DNA from: Utricularia gibba
Taxonomy: Eukaryota > Plantae > Magnoliophyta
Assembly: GCA_002189035.1 (NCBI GenBank)
Contig: NEEC01000002.1
Location: 930,001 to 994,000, forward strand
DNA length: 64,000 nt
Direction of reading: 5' to 3'
Position numbers and translations under genes: made by a program
Shown: piece after piece, positions 39,452 to 52,800 of the stretch
Position numbering within the stretch: the first letter of the stretch is position 1
Layout: each line of letters starts with the position of its first letter
Notes under the pieces: generated by a model
The model's database searches: none
Told to the model about the DNA's origin: nothing
What the model saw: only the letters and a program-made list of their open reading frames with translations

Positions 39452-41576
39452 TTGATCCCCGTGGAGCTTGGTTTCCGTTCACATGTGATTTTGTATCAGC
39501 TTGTTGTATTCTCTGTGAGGAGGCAGCAGCAAGGATACGGTATGATACGATAGGGATCGGTTGCTGCTCCTATCTATCCTTGTTTATTTTTGTCTCTTGG
39601 ATGCGTAGAGAAGATCCTACGTGTTAAATGTATTTGTTCGTGCTGCTGTTTACTAGATCCCCCTGTTGCCTTTTCTGTGGCTTCCTTCCTACAGCTACCA
39701 CCACAATTTGCAGAAAAAGAAGAAGAAAGGGCTTCCACAGCAGAATCCTTGAATTAGGCAGAAGGGGATGTGAGTTTCCTTGCCCTCGGCTCTCTGGTCT
39801 CTTTGTCTTGTGTGAGCCGAGCGGTTGGTCGCCCGTTAGCCGGTGGGGTGGGGTGGGGTCTTGGCTCCGGAGCACAATGCTTTATTGATTGACGGAGCAT
39901 CCACTCCAGCTCCATGTTACACATGGCGTGTCCCCTGTGTCGCATGCACGCCTACTTCATTAACGGACCGCCCAGACCGGTGGACACGATAACCCAATCA
40001 TGCATCTGCCTTTATTGGCCTGCACGGATAACTCCACATGCAACTTCTTACTACAAAAAGTGGTGGGGTGATCCACAGTGCCATAGTCAGCATTCCGTAT
40101 CAGTGATCTCATTTACGTTTTAATAGTACTTTTTTATTATATTAATACTAAATACTATAAAATTACAGATTAAGTTACATTGCCGGTGTGTTCAGTAAAA
40201 TGATTTTGTTTTTTTTTGTAATAAAATCAAAAATTCAGATTCGATGATTAATTTTAGAAAATTTTGAATATATTAAATTAAATAATATATTAATTAAAAA
40301 AATTAGATTATTTACTTCTTATCTATTTTAAAAATATATGTATATCATAATATTAAATTTTATAATATATATATTATTTTATTAAATTTTATAATATATA
40401 ATTTTATGTTATTGTATAAAATAGTTTTACAATATCAAATTGATTATATTCTACCACAACTTTAAATTACATAACATGTACTATATATGGGAAGGATTAC
40501 ACGTGCCTGCAGCTTGCCCGGAAATTTTAATTATCGAAAAAGAAGATTGATAATTATTGACCTCCTAGACTTGTTAATTATTTATCACAACAAATAAAGG
40601 GTGCCGAATTTAGTAAAATAAACGTGAGAGGAAATAATTATGAACCAAGGGCCAAGGGTAGGGAGAGCGTGACCCAAATCTAATCCAATAATGTAAGCGA
40701 TCAAACCCTAATAATACTACTAATAATAAACCTACGTCTAAAAATAGATCCGTAGGGTCAAAGAGAGTCTCCCCAAGTGCGTATCTATTATACTATTCAC
40801 TCTACTGCCCATCCTCCCTCCACTCACTCTATTCAATGCACATGCCCCTGCTCACTTGCCTCATGGGCAGGCAACAAGCAGCTTCCAGATCCTTCGCGAA
40901 GGGCGGGCACAGACACGGTTGCCGTGCTGTTAGAACCTCCGTTGCAAGACAGCGTGTGCGGGGTCGGAATCTGGAGCAGGGACTGGAGTTTTAAAGAATT
41001 GGACGTCGTGAGTGAGTGAGTGCAATTAGGTCGGAGGGCTGTCCAGCTACTGGGTGTGGTCACGGGGGCAGCCGCAGCCACTGTCGTGACGAGAATATTA
41101 ATAATATCCCGACGGATGGATTTGAGGTGCTTACTTGTGAACTGTCTCACGAGTATCATTAATTCACATCGCCCCGGTTTTCTAAATAGGAGATGAAGCC
41201 AGGTGCTTATGCTAAATAGGACTGTTTAAATTAAGAATATGATAAAGGGAATGAATATACGTGAAGATGAAATGCACGATAAATATAGATTATATTAAAA
41301 GGATTGAATTTAAACAATATATGATTAATTATTCTTATAAGAAGATGAAGCCACGTTAGGAGCTGTAGATGTCCTCTTAATTAGGGATGCCGGTCATTTA
41401 GAAAACTCACTCTCATATGCTAAGATCAATTTTTTATATCACCTATAATCATTTTTTTCACATACTCAAGAGAGTATGTTCACTTTTCTAATACATGCTA
41501 GGAACGCTGGGGCAATGGGTTTTTTTTTTCAGATCTTGAACACCTATTTGTGCACTTGAGGTTTAGTAGCTTTTGA

Positions 41577-41766
41577 GTGTGTTTGATATATGAATAAGTT
41601 ATAAAAATAGGGTATATAACAGTATAATTTTATTTAAATTTTTTATTTTCATTATTTTATTTCATATTTAAAATATAGTTTATTTAAAATATAATTTATC
41701 TCACTTGCCAAATATTATGTTTTTTTTCTATTAAATTATATTCTTTATACTTTCTACCAAACACAT
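41577..41766. mobile_element. Possible Tourist/PIF-Harbinger-like MITE remnant
   Basis: GTGTGTTTGATA (41577-41588) and TACCAAACACAT (41755-41766) form a 10/12 imperfect inverted repeat around a very AT-rich core. No clear TSD. Confidence 0.3.
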
Positions 41767-43200
41767 GTGGTGGGAAGATTAGAAGGAAGCATGGAGGAGG
41801 AAACGTGTAAGCATGAAGACCTGATGATGTGGGACGGCTCGTTGATCTCATCCCAAAAATCCATGGGCATACATGGTCGAGAGGAAGAGATCATGACGAG
41901 GCATTTCTCCTTTATGCTTATCTTCCCCACGCAGATAGATAACTCATGTGTATGTGATTGCATGCCAAGACGAGCACGACATTTTAATTTGTTCGTTTAC
42001 AAAATCGTAATTGAATCATTTTGGATCATGAATCGTTCGTAATAATAGTTAAATTAAATTTGACAATACCATAATTGAACCGGAATAATTCATGTAAACG
42101 ATTCATATTTTTTTTATCATATTTAAAATAATATTTGATTTTCAAATATGAAAGGTAATAGTATACTTACAAAACCCAAAATGGTATATGAGTTTCTGTT
42201 TTATTATAATATTAAATAAAAATTAAAATATGTTATTTAACACAGAATAATATTTTATTTTACTAAATTTTCAAATAAAAATAAGGTAGTAAGTTGGTTA
42301 TATAAGGAAGTTTCCCAATTGGTGTATACCTTTGAAATTCAAAATTATATTTTGGATATAAATTATTTGAAAAAAATTAAAAGTATAAGAACTAATATTA
42401 TACGATTTATCTCATCGTAATATATTTTGGTTTTGAAATTTAATAAATCATAAATAGTTCAATTTTATTTAACTGACTCCAGCCCCGGCGGTTGTCCCGG
42501 AAATGGAGTAATGCATTATTGTCTGTACAAAGGTGGAACCTACTCACTTCCCACAGATGTGAATTCATTGAATGCCACTTCCCCTGACTGATATCACGCT
42601 CTGCAAACTCGTGGCGAATTTGGAGATCAGATACTAACAGATCCTCTGGTACTTTTGAATGAACTTCTAAGAAACAAAACTGATAATTAGAATTCTGGGA
42701 AGACTGCGAGATGTTGGGTGAGAGAAGGGGAGTTGAGATGGGTGTGTTGCAAGAGAGATTCTTGTCTGGCAAGTTGTGTGCTAGAGGGGTAGAGTAGAGC
42801 AATAATGTTTATACACATTAAAAAAAAAAATGTGTGGTCAGTTTGAAGGGCAGTCTGTAAAAAGATTTGGATTTGGAGGTTTGTGGGAGTTGCAGGATTT
42901 GAAAAAGGCAGCAGCAGTTACATATAACCGTTGGGAAAAGAACAGAGAGAAAAGAACAGGAAGGACATGGTCCTCGCTTGCAAGTATCTGTATACGAGGA
43001 TGGGACAGGTGGCGATTGTTATATTTATCCGTGAATCTGTGAAAGCTCTCTCACTGTTTTCTCTCCCCCAAAACCGGGTTTCTAGTTCCCCTCTTCGAAT
43101 GAAAGTCGGAGTTGAGGTTTCAGGAGGGTGATCTTTCTTTTACTGGTTTTCATTCCCAAAAGCCCAAACTTTCTTTCTTTGTTTCTGCTGAAGGGAGAAG

Positions 43201-46200
43201 ATGGGAGCCGCTTCAGTTAGGAAGTTTTTTCTTCTCTTTTTGCTCTTAGTTTCACTTCTTCATCCCTCCCGTTGCAGTGTTTCGTATGACAGAAAGGCTG
43301 TTATCATCAATGGGCAGAGGAGAATTCTCATTTCTGGCTCCATTCATTATCCCAGAAGCACCCCAGAGGTACAGGATTTTAGAGAGATACTGTCTGTTGC
43401 ATTTTCAGGATCTTGGTGTTTCCCAATTTTCTTGGGACTGAACTGAAAGTATTTGGCAATGCAGATGTGGGAAGAGCTGATTCAGAAAGCTAAAGATGGA
43501 GGTCTTGATGCTATAGACACTTACGTTTTCTGGGACCTTCACGAACCTTCCCCTGGAACTGTAAAAACAAAAACGCTTCTTTGGTTCTTGCACCCGACGC
43601 TGATTTCTTCAATTCCGTCGCTTAAAGATTAAAATTGACATTTTTTTTTTCTTCAACTTTACGGGTTTTCAGTACAACTTCGAGGGAAGAGCAAACTTGG
43701 TTGGCTTCATAAAGCTGATTCATCAAGCTGGACTTTATGTAAATCTTCGTATAGGGCCTTACGTTTGCGCAGAATGGAAATATGGGTAGTTTTTCTAAAT
43801 AAAAAAAAACGTATATTTGACTAGATGTTACTGTTTCTTCTGGTATTTCTGTTAATCACGCCATGCCTTTGCTTTTGACTTTGATATCAGCGGATTTCCT
43901 GTATGGTTGAAGTATGTTCCAGGGATTAGCTTCAGAACTAACAATGAGCCTTTCAAGGTATGAAGACCAGATTGCTTCAGGAATAACCGCTTGATTATTT
44001 TCGTTGTTTCTGTCCTCGATTTTGGGTCTTGAACTACGTTTTCCACTGGTGAAGATGGCGATGCAGAGCTTTACACAAAAAATTGTTCAAATGCTGAAGA
44101 ATGAAAGATTATTTCATTCTCAAGGTGGCCCTATCATTCTCTCACAGGCAAGTTTTCTTGCCTCTACCTGCCTTCTGATGCCCATTGAGATTGTCTGGAG
44201 AACCAAGAGGAAGTTCTGTGTTTTAAGTAATGTTTCTGATGGAATGTAGATTGAAAATGAATATGGGCTTGTTAGCAATGATTTTGGAGCTGCTGCCCAT
44301 GCTTACATATCATGGGCTGCCAAAATGGCTATCGACATGAACACAGGGGTTCCATGGCTAATGTGCAAAGAAAATGATGCTCCAGATCCTGTGGTAATAA
44401 TTTGAACCCTCCTCGAATTGATGCAGTAGAAATTCTTGATGTTGTTTTTGATGTCTGAAGATCTTGCTTGACAGATAAACACATGCAATGGTTTTTATTG
44501 TGATTATTTCACCCCTAACAAACCGTACAAACCCACCATTTGGACTGAGGCTTGGACTGGCTGGTATTCTTACTTCTCTCCCTCTTTATGGAGGTTCCTG
44601 TAGTGCAATCTTTGAATGTTTTTTACTTCACAAGGTTTGAAGCTTTTGGAGACCCGATTCACCATCGCCCAGTTGAAGATTTGGCATTTGCAGTTGCGAG
44701 GTTCATCCAGAAAGGAGGATCCTTCGTCAACTACTACATGGTATAAATTGTCAAGATAATCAATGATGACTTGAAGCTCAGTTTAACTAACCTCTCATTT
44801 GTATTCAGTATCATGGAGGGACAAATTTCGGAAGAACTGCTGGAGGTCCTTTTGTCACCACCAGCTATGACTATGATGCTCCAATTGATGAATATGGTGA
44901 GCCAGGCGGATGATTTAGCTATATCCTTAGCACCAGATTATCAGAGTGATTAGTTATACGTTCATAGGTTTACTCAGACAGCCCAAGTATGATCATCTGA
45001 AGGAGCTCAACAAGGCTATCAAGCTTTGCGAGCCTGCGCTGGTTTCTGCAGATCCAACTGTCATAGCTTTAGGAAACTATGAACAGGTATGCTGATGTAA
45101 CTGTGCTCTTCAACCCTTCTTCTTTAGCTGCATGGCCTTATGTTTGCGTTGCAGGCTCATGTCTACCGTTCGGCATCAGGACATTGTGCAGCTTTCTTAT
45201 CGAATATCCATATGGACATGGCTGCCACAGTGAAGTTCAACAACATGTACTATCATCTGCCCCCATGGTCAACCAGCATACTTCCGGATTGCAGAAACGT
45301 CATTTTTAACACTGCCAAAGTGAGTCTTGCAGAATGCAGAGACCAACATATGTGCTCTGTATTAAGATGCTGTCCTTTCTTATACAATTGAAACAATGTA
45401 GGTTCAAGGTAGAACTTCTCTGGTGCAAATGGCTCCAACCAATGCTCAAATGCTTTCGTGGGAGACTTTCAATGAGGACATCTCAGAGAACGATGCCGAT
45501 GCCAAGTTCACTGTCTTTGGCCTGCTAGATCAACTTAATGTCACCAGAGACAGTAGTGATTACTTGTGGTACATGACCAGGTATCCAGTCTCAGGACAAG
45601 CACCTCTCTGTTTCCTCTTTATCACAATCCTTCTGACTCGTTGAACAATGTGACTGAATTTGTTGAAGCATCCAAGTAGCTGCAACTGAATCTTTTCTTC
45701 ACGGTGGACAACGGCCTGCTCTCACTGTAGAATCTGCTGGCCATGTGCTGCATGTGTTCATCAATGGACAACTTTCAGGTGCTCATCTTCTGCTGTATCT
45801 GATCAGTCCATGAATTTAATGCTTTAATTGGATTCAGAATCCAAAGGTTCTGATTCCTGTGAGCTGGGATTCATGGTGTGCTGCAGGATCAGCTTTTGGC
45901 TCTCATCGAAACAGAAAATTCACCTTCTACGGGGGTGTAAATCTTCATGCTGGTATAAATAGCATTGCTCTGCTCAGTGTAGCTGTTGGATTGCCTGTAA
46001 GTATGTTCTGCATATACTCAAAGAACAAGACAACAGCCTTCAGTCATTCCTTTTTTTCTGCTTCCATTCAAGAACGATGGCCCTCGTTTCGAAACATGGA
46101 ACACCGGAGTTCTTGGCCCGGTTATCTTACATGGCCTCAACGGTGGACCGAGGGACTTGTCTCGACAGAAGTGGTCATACAAGGTGTGTGATGGCATCAT

Positions 46201-46859
46201 ACACTCTGTGAAGGACACTGGTTTTGTTACCCTTCTTTTTCCTTCTGTTTTCAGGTTGGACTGAAGGGAGAAGCCATGGACTTAGCTCGGGTGACCGGAG
46301 TTTCGTTGCTCGATTCCACGAACACATCCCTCCTAGCTAACCACCAACAGCCACTCACTTGGTACAAGGTAATAAGATGAACGTCTTTACCAGAGGGTTT
46401 CATGAATCTTCTGATCCCCACAAACATTGAGATGCTGCCTGGTACTTCTCCTGTAGGCATACTTCAACGCACCACAAGGAAACGAGCCATTAGCCTTGGA
46501 CTTAGGTAGCATGGGCAAAGGCCAAGCATGGATCAATGGCCAGAGCATTGGCCGCTACTGGACAACTCCAGCCGTCGGCCAATGCAATGCTTGCAGCTAT
46601 GCTGGCACATACAGGTCCCAAAAGTGCCTATCTGGATGTGGAAAGCCTACTCAAAGATGGTACATTTCATGCAACTTGCTTGATGCAACACCATCATCGT
46701 TTCTTGTGGTTGACCCCTTGCTTGTGGTTCCTCTGGATCAGGTACCACGTTCCACGGTCATGGCTGAAGCCAACCGGAAACCTGCTGCTAGTTTTTGAAG
46801 AGATTGGAGGTGATGCATCCAGAATTTCTCTTGTTAGAAGATTGGTCACGTTGGTATAG
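43201..46859 (+). CDS. Glycoside hydrolase 35 beta-galactosidase lacking the C-terminal lectin domain (BGAL5-like), about 17 exons
   Basis: Signal peptide, then [39 protein letters not shown]|[41 protein letters not shown] and [20 protein letters not shown]. It stops soon after, with no SUEL domain. Confidence 0.95.
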
Positions 46860-47262
46860 AGAATTCCATAAGGCACACATAACCTGCAATATAATCATAT
46901 TCATTCTTTGTGAGGCATTCACATGAACATCGGTTCCACTTATTATATATACGAAGATACTGTCATCAAGTTCAGTCATCAATGGTGCCTGTTCAATACA
47001 TCCAGATGATAAAAATACTTAGAATCAAACATCTTAATATTTATGCAGGTAACGCATTCAAACTTGTTTAACAACACAGGAATATTCATTCATTTAAGGT
47101 TCACCAAGCTATCAAAGCAAATTTTCAAACAATGCATACAAGGAGATAAATAGAAATGTTTTGCAACCTTCGGCCATTTCATCGTTTTCTTTATTCTGTC
47201 ATTGGTTTCAAAGAAATATCTGTAGGCGGAGATGAATAAACCTTCAACCCATAATCCCATTC

Positions 47263-49085
47263 TCAGCAAAGGGAGTCAAGCCTCAACCTTCTGAGGCCGT
47301 GATGGTGGAGGAAACGAAAGTCGTTCTTGTGAAGGAAAGCTGATGGCTTCTCCCATGAGCGCCTATTTTCCACCCCCAAGGGGCTTTGAATTTTCAACTT
47401 GGCTTTTGCTGAGTGAGTTGTAGCCATGTAACTCGGAACAGAAGAAGAGCTACCCATGCTTTCAGCATCATCCATCGATGAGCCATGCATCGTGTTCCTC
47501 CTATACCTGTCAGATTGAACACCCAAGGTGCTGCTTTTCGAATCATCATCATGATTCGTCAGGCCCTGTTCCGAGATACCAATTTTTATTTTTCTTGCAG
47601 GCATACTTGAAGGTGAAGGATGGGTAGAAGAAGGCAGCTTTTGACTGGCATGAGAAGGTGTATTGTTCTGGGTGTTCAGCTGATGACGAGCAAAGCACTT
47701 CGCTATTTTTCCTGCACTCATTCCTTTGGTTGATAGTGGATCACCATTGAGATCCTTCTCCGGTTTGCTCTTTATAGTCTCGCTTGTGTTGGGAACCATC
47801 CATCTTTCTAGCCAGCTCCAGCCCCATTGGGGATTCGTTGGGTCCATGAATACTAAGTTGATAGGTCTTGAACTTTTCTTCCACGTTTTCTATTCATTAG
47901 AAGATAGTAAGCAATCCCAGTTTCATAATCTAGCCATGAATGGCAGTTCATGCGAAAACAGTGTTCTTTTAAGTTCATAGATGTGGTAATATAATGCACC
48001 TGATGAGTATATGAATAAGCAAGTGCCCTTTCTCGCCTCATTGCAGCTTCATACTTCTGCAGCAAATTCTCTTCTATCTTCTGTTTCGATCGCAGGCTAT
48101 CATCCCAATCTTCACCAATCTGGAAAAGGGAAACGCGTATACTTACAAATAGAAGGCACGATGACATCAAAACTTAAAAGAGAAAGGTAAAGCACCATCG
48201 TTGAAGGAAAAATATAAGCTGAACAAGACCAAATGATCCACGCCAACCATGGTCTCATGGAAAGGACTGAATCATGCAAAATTATTGTGAGAAATATTAA
48301 TAAGATTGCAGCCAAATCTAACTTTCAAGCTCTCTAGCTCCTGTGCACGTTTCTGCAAGACCTGCTTCTGAAGTGCCCGATTCTCCTCCAATATTCGGAT
48401 CCTTGTCGCCTGAATCTGAGACTGCACACGGAATAGAGCCTGCATGCTTTTCAAAGTACTTGAAGTTTGGCGTTTTACAATTGGCCCATCAACAAGGTAC
48501 TTGAGTTTGGCTAGCCGCCTATGAGCCCTTACCTCCTTCCTAGCCTAAAATGAAATAACTTAGTACAGATAGTATCAACACCTAGCTCTGTTCCAAAAAA
48601 TGACTATTCAAAATCCAAGCACGAGTAATGATTACTTGAATAGACCTTATAAATTCGGAAGGCAGATTGGATTCGGATAACCGCAGCTTCGTCCCTCGGC
48701 TTTCCTTTTAATCGACTAGATGCGGCTTGTTGAAAGGCAACCGCAGCAACCTCTGTAGCAGAAGCTGAAGAATCAACTGGTTCAGCGGTCGCAACTGAAG
48801 CAGAATACACTCGACTCGTCTGTTCATTCTCCAACTCTTCAGTCACTGGTGGTACAAAAGCAGGATGAGGCACTTCAGTAAGTGCATCTGTTGTAACGAA
48901 CGGATTTTCCTTTCCAAAACCTTTCTTCTTCGTCTTCTGAAAGAAAAGAAGAAAGCAAAACCAGTTAGAAGGATTGCATTGCTAACAAAGCTCTAAATGA
49001 TCTTACAAACCTCTACCTTTTTTCCCTTGGAGTCGTGGCTGAGTGCCTTCTTTACTTTGGATAACCAACCGATCTTCCTCCCCAT
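47263..49085 (-). CDS. IQ67-domain (IQD) calmodulin-binding protein, multi-exon; possible 1-nt indel near the C-terminus
   Basis: MGRKIGWLSKVKKAL, AAVIRIQSAFRIYK, IGEDWDDSLRSK, AAMRRERALAYSY, DPTNPQWGWSWLERWM and VPSYMATTHSAKAK. Confidence 0.9.
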
Positions 49086-49854
49086 TCTTCTATCATCACC
49101 GACGTTTTCTTCTCCGGGAACAGAATTCACCGACACAGAATAAATCCATGCATGCGCATCGTCTTAACCTTGTAAGCAAATCAAATCTATAGTCACTCAG
49201 ATCCCGTGAAAAGAATCTGATACCACCACTCATCCACAGCCCACACAAGCAGAGAGAGAATTAAGCGCAGACTCATTTGAAGTCGGATCACCAAAAATCC
49301 CCTGAATAGAGTGGCCCAGATCTCAGAGAAATCCTCTGCCAAAAAAGAAATGCAGAAAAAGCACGAGATCTCCCCAAGAAGACAGCAGTTGAACAGCAAA
49401 GATCTCACTCCGCTCATCGCTGGCGGTTCGGATTGTGGGGCCGCCTTATCGTGACGCGGGCCCACCAATATTTCAGTTATTGTATATCTTGTTACCTTCC
49501 AACGGTCACTTTCCAGATGGGCTTGGCCCACCCAACCACGTACCATGATTAAAGTGCCCAACTCCATCGTATCTTCACTTTTACGTAATTTGTAAACAAA
49601 ATAATAAATCAAAAAACAAATATTATTTATTTATGCGCTCAAATAATAAATAAATAAATAATGAAAAATCGTCGTTCATAAATAAAGGACTTGGCTTCCA
49701 CCATGATAAATGACCCACAACATTTTGTGAAAGAATGGAACCTGCCATTGGAGGGGTGCTGGAAGCAGGGGGCAGTGACCCGACCCGCTCTTGCTTAAAT
49801 CAGCTTCGGAGCAAGCGAAGACGACGGCCGGCCGGAATAGTTTAGTATATGATG

Positions 49855-52800
49855 TTAGGTAAATGCGAAAATCCGGTCTGCGATGGTTGTTCGGCAGATG
49901 GGACACTCTGAGCATGCTAAGGAACATGACTTGCATACTGAAAATGAGGGGAGGCAAGTTTTCAGAGTTCCTCAAGATCAGTAAAATGTGAGAAGGCTCA
50001 GAAGCTGAGGAGAATATGACTTACAACAAAAATGGCGGCATGGAAGAAATATTGTGGATGTTGATGATTCGAAACATACTTTACAGACATGGGAGTTGGC
50101 ATCCCCATTTGTTGTACATCTAGGTTGTTTCTCCTTCTCCTGCATCCCAACCTACAGGAAACAGACCAAAAAACAACATTTAGAAACGGCTAGGAGAAAT
50201 AGCATGGGGTGCCACCGTTAGTGAGGGATTTAGAGGGAACAGGACTTGCCTTTTCTTGAACGGCTGGAGACTCTTCTTTTGCAGCATCGTGGAATGGTGT
50301 ACAGTTAGGCAAACCCTTGGCATCTCCAGTTGATGGAGTCCCCAAATCATTTACCAACTTAGGTTCCAGGTTATCTGCAATATGCATCTCATTTACCTGC
50401 TGATCTCGTAGTACATCCCTCTCTTTCTTCAGTTGAGCAAAAATCACCCACATGTTTTTCAGATCATTCTCTAGGGAAGCCTCCCTCTTTTTTGCCTCCT
50501 CAATCTTTTTCCTGTACTCATCTTCCAAATTTTCTTTTTCGACCAGGGCAGCTTCAAGAGTGATTTCACGCTGTTTTTTCTGTTGCAATGCAAATTTTAG
50601 GCCTTCAAAATCATGACCAAAGGAATCAAAGTGACTGCCCATTCTTGAGGTAAAGCCACAGGGAGACCTTTGGGTGTCATTGAGCCTGCGGATGCTAGAG
50701 TTTGTTTTGTTCAACTCCCTTGCACCCTGTAGTTCTTTTTCCAATTTAGCGTTCAGTAAAGATAGCTTAGTAACCTCAGCAGCTAAAGCCTTCAGTTCAA
50801 GCGCGGCAGCAGATGCTAATTCCTTGGCGTACAAAGCTTCATCGGCCAATGTCTGATTCTGTACACGTAATTCACAGTTCTTCTCAAGAATGTGAGCATG
50901 CTTTAGCTTCAAACTCTCGTTCTCAAGCTCCTGGTTGTTGCAGAAAAAACATAGAGTCAAAGAAAATAACCAGAAAGCAAAGGCACAAATTGTGTCTCCA
51001 GGCAAGATTGCCTAGCTCATAGGTATGCACGGTGAAACCGAGAAGATGATGCACAGTACCCAACAATCTTAACAAAACTTCAGTGATAGAGTTAGATAAA
51101 AAAGAAGAATACGAAGTATTGCCTGCGACTGGATTTTCTTTCTCAATTCTTTTGCACACTCGTCAGATATACCCCCTTCAGATGGTTCCAACATCTTATC
51201 ACCACCACTTGTAGCTAGCTGCTGCTCCAGCCGCACAACTTTCTCTTGCAACTTATTGTTCTCGGAACACTGCTAGCAGGAAAAAGATACCCATTTTTTA
51301 TAGCATGACTGTTATGTCACTCTAGAAGGTAATTTAGTTAAAAAGCTTATCTTTGACCTTGTTTTCAAGCTGTTCCTGAAGAACACGATTGTCTGCCGTT
51401 TTGATCTGTAAAACAGAAGATAAAGAGAGCTTGAAAAGATGTGCAGAAACTTGTACTTTGAAGAAAAAGAACCTACGAAAAAATAGTTAAAATAATAATA
51501 CGTCCCAAAAAGCAAGGACTGACAGATGAAAAATGAAGTGACAAGGACTAAAATGTAAACCTCTAGCTCAAACCCCTTTTCACTACACTCCGCCATCAGT
51601 TTCTTGAGAGTCTGCCACGTCAAACAAAAAATAGCACACGGTCACGTACAACTTTTTAGTTAAGATTTTTATAAAAAAAATGTCACAAGTTTATCGGCAT
51701 CAACAGTAGTACCTGCTGCATTTCAAGCAAAGATTCATTTGAGACAAAAGCTTCACGGCAAGTAACTATTTGCTGTTCTAATATTCCAATCTGCTTTCTC
51801 TTTTCATGCATTTCCCGCTCCAAGTTATCAATCTGTATAGTCAAATAGCAACAAATTTATTACTTTGAAACGATAAAGTTAGTTAATTCACAACGAGAAA
51901 GCACCATCACCAATCGACTTACACAAACATTAATCAATTATCACACTCGGGTTCAATAAAAATTAAAGAAAAAATATGAATTGACCATTGCCTCCATGAT
52001 GGCAACATGGCCCGAGCTGAGAAAGTTCAAGGGAATGCAAACAGAATGTAACAATACCCTGAAAATAAATGCAATGCATTGATAGAACAGGGGAAAACAT
52101 ATGTCAAGAGATGCATTTTATCCTTAAAATGAGCTGAAATTTCAAGATTCAAACCTAGATATGACATGCGATAAAGAATAGGCAACCTATCAATGCTGGG
52201 ATAGTATTCCCTTCAATCAGAAACATGAAAGAACCACACTTGGTACCTGAGGCTTTGAGCTTTCAGGATTGTCAATAGAATGCTCTACTAATCGCTTGAG
52301 GGCACTAGTTCCTAATGCGATTTCCCCATTAAGCATTTTGACTTGCTCAAGTAAGAGCTCCACGTGATTTGATATTGTTATGCCTTCCTACAAGCCAAAA
52401 GAATGACAATATCAAGTGGACAAATAGTTCAAGCAATTCTCTGCAGGGATTGACAATTAACACACCAGCATCAAAGAAAAATTATACAAAATTTCCGAAG
52501 CCATGCTTTCATGGAAAAAAAAAAGAGAGAGAAAGGTGCAGCATAAAAACAATGAACCACTAATAGCATCCGATGACAAGATTTGATAATGGTACTGCTA
52601 GTAAATGCAGAAGGAGAATCTTTTGGATTTCCACCATCCAGTTCAAAGAACCATCAAGAAGAACATCTAACTTCTGTTGGGTTTGGTGAAGGTAAAAGAG
52701 TAAATTTTGCTTTCATGGTAAAATTAATGAAATGCCTAGAATGAAACGTAGGCTTCATGAACATCCATATAAGGATTTGCTAAATAAGAAAAATCTGGAC

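Noticed and set aside
39842-39859. GGTGGGGTGGGGTGGGG, a potential G-quadruplex
   Set aside because: Only three full G runs, with no functional context.
42440-42802. 120-aa minus-strand ORF upstream of the beta-galactosidase
   Set aside because: No motif or splice support; likely promoter sequence.
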